A DNA stretch of 27,429 nucleotides from Leptospirales bacterium (GTDB lineage Bacteria; Spirochaetota; Leptospiria; Turneriellales; JAOUFE01): positions 1-27,429 of the forward strand of contig JBEQLE010000061.1 in NCBI GenBank assembly GCA_040326155.1, given 5' to 3'. The notes beneath the pieces were generated by a model, which was not told where the DNA came from, made no database searches, and worked only from the letters and a program-made list of their open reading frames with translations. The position numbers and the translations under genes are program-made. This document shows, in pieces, positions 17,814 to 27,429 of this stretch. The number at the start of each line of letters is the position of its first letter. The stretch's first letter is position 1.

Positions 17814-18854
17814 ATGAAAAACAATAAACTATATTTCCCAAAACCAAGGTCTAAATCTCTTATATTTACTATACTTGCTTTAATTTTATCTTTTGTACAT
17901 TTTCCACTATTTTCCTTTGATAATAGTTGGGACGCAATAACCGATACCAAAAGAAAAGGTGAAAAAAAAGAAGAAGTAAAAGAGAAGGTAAAAGATGATG
18001 AAAAGGTAAAGGAGAAGGAAGAAGAAAAAGAGATAGAGGAGGAAGATGCTGACGAGCTGCGAAGAAAAAACAGGGGACAAGTAGCAAGTAAAGATCGCCA
18101 AAAGGGACTCTATACACTTACCCGATATTATAATAAAAAAACCTTAGAACATAGCTATTATTTTACAAACGAAGGATACGACTACCTGAGCTTTACATTA
18201 ACGCTCTCTCTGGAGCAAATGAAAGCAGACCCCTCAGCAAAAGTACATGTTATTATACCTCCTTTAGCTAAAGATATTTACCTGGTTACGGCTAAAGCCA
18301 TCGACCCCTACAAGTCTCACCGATTTGGCGCAAAAGCTGAAATGATGGCAGGAAACCCGAATGCCGTCCATAATGGAACTTACGCTCCCCCCTTTGAAAA
18401 AGGCAAGGAATATTATCTTTCAAATGCCTTTATGGGAAACCTTTCTCATAAAGGAAAATACGCGGTAGACTTTAACATGCCAAAAGGATCCATGATTTGC
18501 GCCGCACGCGAAGGAGTTGTCGTCCGCATGAAAAATGACGGCAACAAAGGCGGCCCCTCTCCTAAATTTAACGACGACGGAAATTATGTTTCTATTTTAC
18601 ATTCGGATGGAACCTACGGAAATTATGCTCATTTTCGGCAATGGGGAATTCTTGTGAAAGTAGGAGATAAAATTAAAGAAGGACAAAATATAGGATATTC
18701 GGGAAACACCGGATACTCCACCGGACCTCACCTCCATTTCGACGTAACAAAAGCCAATGGCAAAGGCGGGTTTACTACCCTGCCATTCCAGTTCAGGAAA
18801 TTGGATGGCTCACTGCTCGACCCAGAAGTCGGTTTAACACTTACTAATAACTAA
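17814..18854 (+). CDS. M23 family metallopeptidase, exported
   Basis: N-terminal hydrophobic segment and K/E-rich linker. H...YAVDF, AAREGVV, GNYV.I.H.DGT...YAH, GYSGNTGYSTGPHLHF. Confidence 0.92.
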   Translation: MKNNKLYFPKPRSKSLIFTILALILSFVHFPLFSFDNSWDAITDTKRKGEKKEEVKEKVKDDEKVKEKEEEKEIEEEDADELRRKNRGQVASKDRQKGLYTLTRYYNKKTLEHSYYFTNEGYDYLSFTLTLSLEQMKADPSAKVHVIIPPLAKDIYLVTAKAIDPYKSHRFGAKAEMMAGNPNAVHNGTYAPPFEKGKEYYLSNAFMGNLSHKGKYAVDFNMPKGSMICAAREGVVVRMKNDGNKGGPSPKFNDDGNYVSILHSDGTYGNYAHFRQWGILVKVGDKIKEGQNIGYSGNTGYSTGPHLHFDVTKANGKGGFTTLPFQFRKLDGSLLDPEVGLTLTNN

Positions 18855-18936
18855 ATAAACATTACACCAATAATTTCTATAATTTAGATTGACCTACAAC
18901 TTGCTTATTAAAACATTGGTGAAAAAGGATTTAAAA

Positions 18937-19449
18937 ATGAAAAAAATAAAACTTGCCTCCGTTCTGTTTATACTGCTATGTTTTACTCTCGCGCCATTGC
19001 AATCTCAAGAGATTATAATTAAAGAAGACGTGTTTCTCGGTATGATGTTCTCAACCGATAATGGAGATACGTTTCATAATGTAGGTTACGGTAACACAAA
19101 ACTAAAAAAAGCTTTCTCTACAAACTCGGAAAGTTTACAACACTATAATAAATTTAAACGTATAAAACCACTCTCGATGGGGTTTGCCATAGCCGGAGGT
19201 TTATTAATAGGATGGCCTCTCGGCACATATTTAGGCTCAAACGTCTGGACCTCAACAGAGACAATTTTACTCTCTGCGGGACTTGGTATTGCTATTACGG
19301 GCCTAATCATTGATGCTTTAGCCAACCGCAATCTCAAGCAGGCTGCTAAAATATATAATAATTCATCCAGAGCGTCGCTGCAATTCAATATTTTTGTTGC
19401 TCACGGCGCCCACAAATACAATGGTGCCATGGTACAATACAGTTTTTAA
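18937..19449 (+). CDS. Hypothetical exported/membrane protein
   Basis: AAGGA RBS, signal peptide MKKIKLASVLFILLCFTLAPLQS, two Gly-rich hydrophobic helices, C-terminal QYSF. Confidence 0.7.
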   Translation: MKKIKLASVLFILLCFTLAPLQSQEIIIKEDVFLGMMFSTDNGDTFHNVGYGNTKLKKAFSTNSESLQHYNKFKRIKPLSMGFAIAGGLLIGWPLGTYLGSNVWTSTETILLSAGLGIAITGLIIDALANRNLKQAAKIYNNSSRASLQFNIFVAHGAHKYNGAMVQYSF

Positions 19450-19455
19450 CAGACT

Positions 19456-19908
19456 TTATTGTATCTTTGTAAAAGAGTGAATTATTCCAGCGTGATAACC
19501 TTCGTGAAAGTTATTAAACTCAATTGCATCTTCAATGCAGCTTAGTCGATAACCGGTCATGGTAATAAACTCCTGGTATTCAGTGAAAATACCAGCTTCG
19601 TAGTCTTCTTGTAATTTCCCTGGAAGTTCGAGAAACAATGATTTTACCTGTTCTACATCAGGTGTTTTAACCCATCTGGCCGGTGAAGACTCTTTTTGGA
19701 ATAATTTTCTAAGAGGAGGCGGCATGTTGATTCTTTTTCCCGCCAGAGAATAATGCAACATCTGCTGCGTGACCAGTATATGGCCCAGATTCCATAATAT
19801 ATTGGTCTTAAAACCTTTGGGAATAAATAACAACGATTTTTCGTCAAGCCCTGAAACCAGAACAGACATATAATTTCGATTCTGTTTCAAAATATCGATA
19901 CCACGCAT
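19456..19908 (-). CDS. DinB family protein
   Basis: IPKGF..NILWNLGH..VTQQ.L.Y and AIEFNNFHEGYHAG metal-binding His triad. AAGGAG RBS. Confidence 0.9.
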   Translation of the reverse strand: MRGIDILKQNRNYMSVLVSGLDEKSLLFIPKGFKTNILWNLGHILVTQQMLHYSLAGKRINMPPPLRKLFQKESSPARWVKTPDVEQVKSLFLELPGKLQEDYEAGIFTEYQEFITMTGYRLSCIEDAIEFNNFHEGYHAGIIHSFTKIQ

Positions 19909-19956
19909 TTTATCTCCTTGTAAGTCCGAATTCTATGTTACAACATTAAAGCACAT

Positions 19957-20607
19957 TTATTCCGTACTACCGTAAATTTTTACTATATCCGGTTTTTCGG
20001 TTACAAAATAATGTATCCATAAATGAATATGATGAAAAAGTGAAATAATAAGCGCCGCCGGTGAGTCCGCGTAAAGAGCAACAATATGTATAAATAACAC
20101 TGCGTAAGTGTACATTCCATTCGAGGTAATCCTGAAAATTCCTTGTTTAACAAAGCCATTGGCGGCATTCTCGGGAAAAAAATGATCACTGCCCAGGGCT
20201 CGCTCAACGCCAAAATAGGCAATTACGCTATACATTGCGTATCCGGACAGAACCAGCAGTATAATCGATACGACAATTCGAACCGAATCTGTCACATGTA
20301 GTGTGCCGGTGTCATAGAAGGCAATAACAAAAAAAGAGGCTATGCGCAGCGCGGCAAAAATGGCAAAACCGATTCTATACACCAAAAACCACCTGTTTGG
20401 ATGCGTGGAAAAGAACCCACCATAAAGTTTAGTTCTCCAGAAAAAAGAGACCCATAGTTGATGAACCAGAGATGAGAAAACCGCGCTCAAAAGTAACCAA
20501 ACGGGTATGTCAGCAAAGAGTGGATGTTTGAACAGCAAGGCAGCAATAAAAACTGTTAATGCAGTCTGCAATATCTGACCTTCTATTATTTTACGAAATT
20601 TCTTCAT
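19957..20607 (-). CDS. PEMT/ICMT-family membrane methyltransferase
   Basis: Multiple TM helices. YFG..RALG.DHF, FVK.GIFR.TSNGMY, HY..TEKPD...IYG. Confidence 0.8.
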   Translation of the reverse strand: MKKFRKIIEGQILQTALTVFIAALLFKHPLFADIPVWLLLSAVFSSLVHQLWVSFFWRTKLYGGFFSTHPNRWFLVYRIGFAIFAALRIASFFVIAFYDTGTLHVTDSVRIVVSIILLVLSGYAMYSVIAYFGVERALGSDHFFPENAANGFVKQGIFRITSNGMYTYAVLFIHIVALYADSPAALIISLFHHIHLWIHYFVTEKPDIVKIYGSTE

Positions 20608-20686
20608 GTAATAGTTTACTATTCTCCACCTTGCGATAGTGTCAATACGATTTCCAATAACAAATAACAGGTTTTATAAGGAAAGT

Positions 20687-20838
20687 AAGAAGGCAGGAAA
20701 AGAGGAAGAAATTTTGACAGGATTAACATGATTAACAGGTTAAGAAAGGTGGAATATTAAATTGGCACACAATCTTATCTTAAAATCATGTTAATCATGT
20801 AAATCCTGTCTATTAATCTTTACTTTTCCTGCATTCTT
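20687..20838. repeat. Nested palindromic intergenic element (REP/MITE-like), copy 2
   Basis: Outer arms AAGAAGGCAGGAAAAG (20687-20702) / CTTTTCCTGCATTCTT (20823-20838). Inner arms GACAGGATTAACATGATTAACAGGTT (20716-20741) / AATCATGTTAATCATGTAAATCCTGTC (20784-20810). Confidence 0.85.
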
Positions 20839-20905
20839 TATAGTTGTCCTCCTAATTTGTTACCATTTGCATGCTACATAAATAACTTTACAGGTTGTTT
20901 TAGCC

Positions 20906-21505
20906 ATGCAGGTTCCCCATATGAAGTTGTTACAAGCTAGATTTATCCGTATTGTTGCTCTGTTTTTTCTTGCCTCGGTTTTTTCCATCACCTATGCGGG
21001 GGCGCGAAATTACCAGTCAAATTTAGATGACTCCCTACTGTTAAAAAGATTTCAGAAGATATCTACTTCACTTACATGCATATGTGGATGTAATCTGGTT
21101 TTGCATACTTGTAACATGGACCCATGCGAAGGTTGGGCTATTCGTGGGGCAATTGACGGTCTTTTACTCGACGGAAAAAACAACAAATTTATAATCGAAG
21201 GGTTTGTTTACGGCTTCGGAGACATGGTCGATACACACACCGCCTTTAAACTGGTACAACCCGGCGGAAGATATGAGTTTTTAAATGCCGACTTTAAAAA
21301 AGGATATGGGCCAATGGTCCGGGCTATAACTGACGTGTACCATTACGAAATTGTACTGGCAATTATTGCTTTAATACTCCTAGGTTCAGCTTTAATGTTC
21401 ATAAAATCTCGTTTTCGTGAAGTAACCGTTTCCGAAAAGACAGAAAAGCAAAAAATTAGCTCTGAAACTGACGAACTTTACAATAAACTATACGATGATG
21501 AATAA
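20906..21505 (+). CDS. CcmH/NrfF-like cytochrome c biogenesis thiol protein
   Basis: Signal peptide, L.CICGC....C....C cluster, helical body, YGP motif and C-terminal TM anchor followed by a charged tail. Confidence 0.6.
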   Translation: MQVPHMKLLQARFIRIVALFFLASVFSITYAGARNYQSNLDDSLLLKRFQKISTSLTCICGCNLVLHTCNMDPCEGWAIRGAIDGLLLDGKNNKFIIEGFVYGFGDMVDTHTAFKLVQPGGRYEFLNADFKKGYGPMVRAITDVYHYEIVLAIIALILLGSALMFIKSRFREVTVSEKTEKQKISSETDELYNKLYDDE

Positions 21506-21567
21506 CTCGACCTTTTATATAAAATATCTATTCCCTGGCTATGACTTGACTGTGATAGACAAAGTTG

Positions 21568-22455
21568 TTAATCTTTATAGAATATTTTCCAGGGTTTCTT
21601 TTTCATAACTTCAAAAAACTCTTTTGCTGTAATAATCATCTCGTTCGTATTTGTATAAAGATCGTCATCAGACAGGAATTTACCCATCGAACCTTTACCT
21701 GCATTTACCCTCTGGGTAATTAAATTCATATCGCGAGTAATTTGCGCCATGTTTTGAAGCATAATTTGTATGTCTTCTTTATTCTTTGTCGAAATATCTG
21801 TAAAATTAGTAGATAAAATTGTAAGTTGTGACATTAGTACATCTAGTTGTGTTGCAAGCGTTGTAAAAGATTCCCGGGCTTGTTTTACACTTATTCGAAT
21901 ATCTTGCCGGTTTTCTGACGCTATCGCGTTTAAATTACTAATAAAAAGATTAGTCTCTTGCATAATTTCCGCTAAAACCTGTCCACCCGATTTCCCATCA
22001 AACCAGGACGAAAAAGCAAGCATCATCTGGTCAATAGAAGGCGGATCAATTCCAGTCCAGGTATCTCCGGACTTTAAAAACTCGTCATCTTCATCGGAGG
22101 CGGGAATTTCAAGGTTTATATACTTTTGCCCCATTAAACTGGAACTAAAAATGGTAATCACTGTTTCAGGTTTTTTCGGTATTTTGCCTTCGAGTTCTTT
22201 ATCAAGATACAATATCACAAAAGTTTCGAGGTTTTTCTGGTATATTTTTTTTACATACCCCATTGTAATGCCGCCTGAAATCTTCACGGGGGCGTTTAAA
22301 TTCAAGTTATTTAAAAATTTGAATTTAACATGAACTTCAAAGCCGGCCTTTTCTACCTGCCATCTCGATACATACATCAGCATGGTAACGAAAACTCCAA
22401 CTGCTGCAATGACTAATATACCGACTCGAACTGACTGTTTTTTACCCTCTTCCAT
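21568..22455 (-). CDS. mlaD: MCE/MlaD family substrate-binding protein
   Basis: N-terminal TM (VRVGILV), L...APVKISG..MG.V..I, SSLMGQKYI.L, helical extension, GKGSMGKFL.DD.LY, C-terminal PWK. GAGG upstream of ATG 22455. Confidence 0.88.
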   Translation of the reverse strand: MEEGKKQSVRVGILVIAAVGVFVTMLMYVSRWQVEKAGFEVHVKFKFLNNLNLNAPVKISGGITMGYVKKIYQKNLETFVILYLDKELEGKIPKKPETVITIFSSSLMGQKYINLEIPASDEDDEFLKSGDTWTGIDPPSIDQMMLAFSSWFDGKSGGQVLAEIMQETNLFISNLNAIASENRQDIRISVKQARESFTTLATQLDVLMSQLTILSTNFTDISTKNKEDIQIMLQNMAQITRDMNLITQRVNAGKGSMGKFLSDDDLYTNTNEMIITAKEFFEVMKKKPWKIFYKD

Positions 22456-22475
22456 GTTTACCTCATAATACCTTA

Positions 22476-23225
22476 TTATATCGCAATAGGACCATGTGCC
22501 GAACCCTCGACAAATTGACGCACTCTGGCATCCTCGCAACTTTTAAATTCTTCCGTTGTTCCTGTAAATATAAAATTACCCTGATACAGCATCGCAACGC
22601 GCGTTGCTAAACGAAACACAGACTCCATATCGTGAGAAATTACCAATACGGTTACTCCTAACTCTTCATTCAATTTGGAAATCAGATCGTCAACCGCTGC
22701 TCCCAATAAAGGGTCTACCCCGGTAGTAGGTTCATCACATAATATTATTTCAGGTTTCATGGCGATTGCTCTGGCCAGCCCCACCCTTTTTTGCATCCCC
22801 AGTGAAAGCGAGGCAGGGTTAGCGTATTCATACCCTTGCATACCCACCAGACCCAGTTTTTCAAAAACCATCTCTTTTATTTCTGCTTTGGAATAATTGG
22901 TGAAACGATTTAACGTAAAAGCGACATTTTCAAAAACGGTCAAGGAGTCAAATAGACCGGCCATTTGAAATAATACACCGACTTTTTTTCGAAGTTCAAC
23001 AATTTCTTTTTCATCAAAATGAAGTATGTTTTTTCCATCTATTAGAATTTGACCTTTGTCGGGATTTAACAGGCCTGCAATGTTCTTTAATAAAACGGAT
23101 TTACCCGTACCCGATTTTCCGACGACAAACATTATTTCGCCTTGTTTAATATCGAGGTTAACCCCTTTCAATACATGGTTATCACCAAAGCTTTTTTGAA
23201 GATTCTGAATGGAAATTTTTGTCAT
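22476..23225 (-). CDS. mlaF: MlaF-like ABC transporter ATP-binding protein
   Basis: Walker A GKSGTGKS, FQ..GLFDSLTVFENVAF, signature LSLGMQKRVGLARA, Walker B ILCDEPTTG.DP, SHD. Confidence 0.92.
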   Translation of the reverse strand: MTKISIQNLQKSFGDNHVLKGVNLDIKQGEIMFVVGKSGTGKSVLLKNIAGLLNPDKGQILIDGKNILHFDEKEIVELRKKVGVLFQMAGLFDSLTVFENVAFTLNRFTNYSKAEIKEMVFEKLGLVGMQGYEYANPASLSLGMQKRVGLARAIAMKPEIILCDEPTTGVDPLLGAAVDDLISKLNEELGVTVLVISHDMESVFRLATRVAMLYQGNFIFTGTTEEFKSCEDARVRQFVEGSAHGPIAI

Positions 23226-23226
23226 T

Positions 23227-24012
23227 TTACCACCCGAAAAGTTGAAAAATATAAGTAATAAAATAATCTGAAACAATAATCATCATTAAAGATATAACAA
23301 CCGCAGAAATAGTAGCCTGGCCCACCCCTTTTGCCCCACCCTGAGCGCGAAACCCGGTAAAACAAGAGACAAGTGCTATTTCAGCACCGAAAAAAAACGT
23401 TTTTGTAACCCCGGAACCCAGATCTTTATAATCGACAAACATCCTTGCATTTTCCAGGTACATGGCATAGGGAATATCGTACATAAAACTGGAAACCACA
23501 GCCCCCCCAAAACTACCGATTAAAATAGCCAGAGTAGAAACCATTGGAATTGTAATTATAGCGGCTAAAAATCGCGGTACGCTTAAATAATGAATCGGGT
23601 CAGTCGCCAGAGTCACCAATGCGTCAATTTGTTCTGTAACCCGCATTGTACCGATTTCGGCTGCAATGGAAGAACCAACTCTTCCTGCCAATAAAATAGA
23701 AGTAATTACCGGAGCCAGCTCCCGCACCATCGATACGGAAATACCACCTCCTAAAAATGTGGAAATACCCTGCATGTATTTTTCCAGAGCTCCCCCGAGT
23801 TGAAGGGCCATAACCATACCTATAAAAAAAGATGAGATAACACCTACGGGAACCGATTTTACCCCGATCTCTTGCATCTGGAAAAGCAGCGTTGACCTGT
23901 CGAAAGGTCGAGCAAATATCCAGCGGATGGTACGACCCGCAAAAATACTAAAAGAACCTATTGTTGCAAACAGGTCAATTATGGAGTCACCGAGACGCTC
24001 AAGAAAACGCAT
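23227..24012 (-). CDS. mlaE: MlaE-like ABC transporter permease
   Basis: IGV.S.P, RELAPVIT..LLAGRVGSSIAAEIGTMRVTEQIDAL..LA.DP..YL.VPR, GGAKGVG.AT. Confidence 0.94.
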   Translation of the reverse strand: MRFLERLGDSIIDLFATIGSFSIFAGRTIRWIFARPFDRSTLLFQMQEIGVKSVPVGVISSFFIGMVMALQLGGALEKYMQGISTFLGGGISVSMVRELAPVITSILLAGRVGSSIAAEIGTMRVTEQIDALVTLATDPIHYLSVPRFLAAIITIPMVSTLAILIGSFGGAVVSSFMYDIPYAMYLENARMFVDYKDLGSGVTKTFFFGAEIALVSCFTGFRAQGGAKGVGQATISAVVISLMMIIVSDYFITYIFQLFGW

Positions 24013-24062
24013 AAGACGTCAGTACTGAATTGTTACAATGCACGGGCAACTAAATATAAAAA

Positions 24063-25025
24063 TTAAAGCCCTTTTTCAAAAAAAGTATCCCAGGTATCGG
24101 GACTTATTTCTTGCATAATATTTCGAAAAAACTCGGTTTTATCATAATCATCTCGTTGTTTATAAGCGTGTATTAACCAGCAAAGCGAAAGCAAAAGACG
24201 TGGCAGTAAATTATGAAAAAATTCCCGGTTTTTATTAAATTGCTCATATTCAGGTAAAAAATCAGCTTCAATTCGAGTTAGTTCTTTATCAATAATCGGA
24301 CGCGGGGCTTTGTAAAATCCGTTGATCTCCAGCAATAAAGCATAATTGCGATATTTGTATATATCGTCATCTTCACCTGTATTAATATTCTCTAGCTTGC
24401 GAAAGATCTCGACAGGTACAAATTCTTGATAATCGCCCAGGAGTTCGGGTTTTAAAAAAAGAGCTTCTCTAAAATGGAAAAGAAAGAGCGTTTCATCTTT
24501 TAAGTTGTATTGAGCAAAGGACATAAGCAGATGCACTTCGGGATTATATGGATTATAGCGATGCATAAAAGTAAGCGCCTCAAGTGACTGCCGCCATTTA
24601 CCTACTTTTAAAAGAGATACGGAAAGCTGTATAACCTCTTTATCGTCAAGATTATATGATTTTTGGCCTGCAAAAGCTTTCGCAAACCCCTCTGCAACCT
24701 GAGCGTGAATAAAAGACGATATAGTTTCCCAGAAAAGCGGATCGCCATGTTTGTCGTACTTGTTCTCTTTGCGAATTTCTCCGAGGCCGTATAAAAACTC
24801 AAGAAAAAGGCGAGCGCGAGCCTCCCCGGAAGGAACCCGTAGAATTCTTTCTTGGCGATGCAAAAAATACCGAGAATATATAAAAGCTTCCTGGGCGCGT
24901 AAATACTCTGGAGTATTGCGCTGGTCCAGAGCCAGGTTATCTAACCACTGTTTTGAAATATCAAAAGCTGTTTGAAAATTTCCCCCGAATAGGGAGTCGC
25001 GAATCTCTTCAGTTTGAGAATCCAT
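24063..25025 (-). CDS. Hypothetical TPR-like helical protein
   Basis: 320-aa ORF with a TPR-like stretch (SLLKVGKWRQSLEAL...NPYNPEVHLLMSFAQYNL...FREALFLKP). Confidence 0.72.
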   Translation of the reverse strand: MDSQTEEIRDSLFGGNFQTAFDISKQWLDNLALDQRNTPEYLRAQEAFIYSRYFLHRQERILRVPSGEARARLFLEFLYGLGEIRKENKYDKHGDPLFWETISSFIHAQVAEGFAKAFAGQKSYNLDDKEVIQLSVSLLKVGKWRQSLEALTFMHRYNPYNPEVHLLMSFAQYNLKDETLFLFHFREALFLKPELLGDYQEFVPVEIFRKLENINTGEDDDIYKYRNYALLLEINGFYKAPRPIIDKELTRIEADFLPEYEQFNKNREFFHNLLPRLLLSLCWLIHAYKQRDDYDKTEFFRNIMQEISPDTWDTFFEKGL

Positions 25026-25045
25026 TGTTTGTGCAATTAAGAATT

Positions 25046-25127
25046 TGGGCAGGGGAGGATTCGAACCTCCGAAGGCGTAGCCAACAGATTTACAGTCTGG
25101 CCCCTTTGACCGCTCGGGAACCTGCCC
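25046..25127 (-). tRNA. tRNA-Tyr (GTA)
   Basis: GGGCAGG/CCTGCCC acceptor stem, anticodon loop CTGTAAA, long variable arm, GGAGG-TTCGAAT-CCTCC T arm. CCA not encoded. Confidence 0.97.
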
Positions 25128-25137
25128 TATTCAATTT

Positions 25138-25210
25138 AGCTGTCAGAGGGAGTTGAACCCCCAACCTGCTCATTACAAGTGAGCTGCTCTACCAATTGAG
25201 CCATGACAGC
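25138..25210 (-). tRNA. tRNA-Thr (TGT)
   Basis: GCTGTCA/TGACAGC acceptor stem, GCTC/GAGC D stem, GCTCA-CTTGTAA-TGAGC anticodon arm, TTCAACT T loop. CCA not encoded. Confidence 0.97.
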
Positions 25211-25277
25211 ATTTAACACCTCTTGGTGCAGGGGACAAGAGTTAACGTTTAAACAATATGTCAACCAAAACAATAAA

Positions 25278-26465
25278 TCAGTGACGTGGAAGGCGTTTTA
25301 TTATTTTCTGGAACTCTACCGTATTGCGACCATTCTTTTTAGCCCGGTAAAGTGCCTTATCTGCGGTGTATATGAGATCTTGGTAGGTTACATCTTTAGA
25401 AGGAACCACAGAAGCGACGCCAGCCGAAATCGTAACGAACCGAGATGTTGCCGATTTTTCATGTTTTATTTTTAAATCTTCTATGGCTTTCCGGAGACTT
25501 TCGGCAAAATGCCACGCCCCTTCATGATCTGTAAGCGGCAATAATACGACAAATTCTTCTCCGCCGTAACGTGAAGCAAGGTCCGCCGGTCGGTTGCTCA
25601 TTTTCTCGGTGACCTTTGCAACTTTAACTAACGCTGTGTCCCCTGCCTGGTGCCCATAAGCATCATTGTATTTCTTAAAGTAGTCAATATCAACCATAAC
25701 CAGAGATATGGAGTTTTGAAACCGCTTAGCACGTTTCCATTCCATACCAACCACAGTATTAAAGTGCCTGCGATTTGAAATACCGGTTAATTCATCCAAT
25801 TTGGTTAATTTTTGAAGTTGCAACTCTTGTTTTTTACGGTCGCTAATATCTATACCATACACATTGATATATTCCATATCTGGAACCGGTGTAAACTTCA
25901 AACTAAATGTTATTTTATTCTGGGTATATTCAATTTCTACCAATTTTCTAGTCTGGTTAGCATTGCGTATCGCGTCTATCCAGCCCTTACTCATCGATTC
26001 GGATATTTGCTCATTCTTCTTGTACTGGAAAATTTTTGAAGCCGATTGATTGGCATATTTTATAATATAGTCAAGTGAAATTCGCATAATCGGGTTCGGA
26101 TTTTCTTCCGGTAAATTTGCTATTTTTTTCACCCGTTCCTGGTTATCTTTCAGTTTAATACCCAGATATACAGTAATCGCGATTGCTGCAATAGCCAGAG
26201 CCCGGTTTATTACAACCATCCAAAGTATACTACCAAGTGGGGATATAAAGTATCCGGCAATGGTCAAAACAATGCAAGCAAGACCCATGTAAATGGTCCC
26301 TCGCCCATTACTATAACGCAAAGAAAGTAAAATAACGGCAATGTAAGGAACGCCACCAGCTACGCCTAAAGGCACAAAAATATCGATCGTAAAAAGACCC
26401 GCACTTAGTGCGATTAAAATAATCGTTAAACCAAGGTTTTCTTTATTCCACAGAGAAAATATCAT
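25278..26465 (-). CDS. Membrane-anchored diguanylate cyclase (TM sensor + PAS-like + GGDEF)
   Basis: About 4 N-terminal TM helices, PEENPNPI...YAN PAS-like segment, D.LTG..NRR, DIDYFKKYND.YGH.AGD, I-site RPAD, active site RYGGEEF. Confidence 0.95.
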   Translation of the reverse strand: MIFSLWNKENLGLTIILIALSAGLFTIDIFVPLGVAGGVPYIAVILLSLRYSNGRGTIYMGLACIVLTIAGYFISPLGSILWMVVINRALAIAAIAITVYLGIKLKDNQERVKKIANLPEENPNPIMRISLDYIIKYANQSASKIFQYKKNEQISESMSKGWIDAIRNANQTRKLVEIEYTQNKITFSLKFTPVPDMEYINVYGIDISDRKKQELQLQKLTKLDELTGISNRRHFNTVVGMEWKRAKRFQNSISLVMVDIDYFKKYNDAYGHQAGDTALVKVAKVTEKMSNRPADLASRYGGEEFVVLLPLTDHEGAWHFAESLRKAIEDLKIKHEKSATSRFVTISAGVASVVPSKDVTYQDLIYTADKALYRAKKNGRNTVEFQKIIKRLPRH

Positions 26466-26902
26466 TTCAATAACCGTTCATCGCTTTCTTATATTTTTTT
26501 TGCCGGTCTTAATTACTTTCAGCGCGATTTAAGATTGTCCTAAAAGTAGGAGCATAGTAGAATCACCCGACATTTCTACAAACACATTAATAGAAGCGAC
26601 CGATCTTCATACGAAATATGCCGATTGATTTAAAGTTTATTCTGCGATGGATGCGTAAAACAGATTTTATAAATGTTTTTATACATAAATTATCTTTATA
26701 TAAAAGTTTAAACAATTAAATTTATTTATATACTTTGATCATATCAATTATCTATATTATTCAAAATATTGAAATGCCCATAATGTGAACAAAAAGAGCC
26801 CGAACCGAATACTTGCTGTTGCCCCCGCAATTTTCCGATTGACAAAACCTCTAATAATAATATTTAGAATTTCACCATGCTAAAAGGGAGCTAAACCATA
26901 CT

Positions 26903-27429
26903 ATGAATAAAATGACAAGAATATTGATTTCTTTTTTATCTTTATCTATAATCTTTACTGGAATTTCATGCAAAGCCAATAAAAGATATTTTATGATATT
27001 ATCCATTAACGATGTCTACCGTATTAACGGTCTATATGATGGCACCGTTGGCGGACTCGCGAGAATTCGCACACTGCGAGCCGAACTCGAACAACAACAT
27101 CCAGATTTGCTTTTTCTTCATGCAGGTGATTTTCTTTTTCCGTCTTTATTAAGCCAACAATTCAAGGGTGAACAAATGATTGATATTATGAATCTTCTGG
27201 ATGGAAAAGAAGATTCAAACGACGATCTACTGTTTGCCGCCTTTGGTAACCATGAATTCGATAAAAGTCGGATGAAAGATGTACCTATGCTGCAAAACCG
27301 CATTGAAAGTTCCGAATTTTCATGGGTGAGTTCCAATTTTGAATTTAAAAAAGATGGTGAGCAAAACCCACTGATTGACTCAGAAAATATTATTAAAAGC
27401 GCAATCTTGTTATGCAATGGGGTCAGGGT
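26903..27429 (+). CDS. Bifunctional metallophosphoesterase/5'-nucleotidase, lipoprotein, 3'-truncated by window edge
   Basis: Translated by hand: MNKMTRILISFLSLSIIFTGISC...ILSINDVY...GGLARI...LHAGDFLFPS...GEQMI...FGNHEFD. GGGAG RBS. Absent from the ORF track because there is no stop in the window. Confidence 0.92.
   Translation, partial: MNKMTRILISFLSLSIIFTGISCKANKRYFMILSINDVYRINGLYDGTVGGLARIRTLRAELEQQHPDLLFLHAGDFLFPSLLSQQFKGEQMIDIMNLLDGKEDSNDDLLFAAFGNHEFDKSRMKDVPMLQNRIESSEFSWVSSNFEFKKDGEQNPLIDSENIIKSAILLCNGVR

Noticed and set aside
17955..18050. Purine-rich low-complexity tract
   Set aside because: It is explained by the K/E-rich linker of the M23 peptidase. The GGC run near 12350-12380 likewise encodes a poly-Gly linker.
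26466..26902. ncRNA or gene remnant upstream of the diguanylate cyclase
   Set aside because: AT-rich divergent promoter region with no convincing stem set, riboswitch motif or coherent reading frame.
27118..27417. 99-aa minus-strand ORF, and similar antisense ORFs (694-1236, 1834-2292, 9356-9970, 14191-14622, 21770-22333, 24953-25156)
   Set aside because: They are shadows of well-supported genes or tRNAs on the opposite strand.

Overview
This is an AT-rich bacterial chromosome segment, probably from a spirochaete of Leptospirales type. That is an inference from a spirochaete-like conserved hypothetical, spirochaetal-style lipoboxes, and lpxA/mla genes marking a diderm. Left part: a tightly coupled + strand cluster (phosphohexomutase, Lrp/AsnC, hypothetical, lexA, a catalytically degenerate DeoB-like protein, GT2, DUF1858) converges on lpxA and a FadF-like Fe-S oxidoreductase. 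About 7.6-12.2 kb is an accessory patchwork: an intact BrnT/BrnA pair, an OmpA-domain protein, a YgjP/M48-like protein, an orphan lipoprotein, and a HigBA-like pair whose toxin looks doubly inactivated. Three unrelated families of palindromic non-coding repeats are interleaved with these genes, and one recurs at about 20.7 kb. A tandem Tim44/Zn-ribbon/TerB-like protein follows, then FMN reductase, serS, MarR, an ankyrin lipoprotein, M23 peptidase, DinB, a PEMT-like protein, an orphan CcmH-like protein, mlaEFD, a TPR-like protein, tRNA-Thr(TGT)/tRNA-Tyr(GTA), a diguanylate cyclase, and a truncated 5'-nucleotidase missing from the ORF track. No transposase, integrase, reverse transcriptase or CRISPR array was seen. 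The best novelty candidates are the lexA-coupled DeoB pseudoenzyme and the repeat-bounded cassettes.
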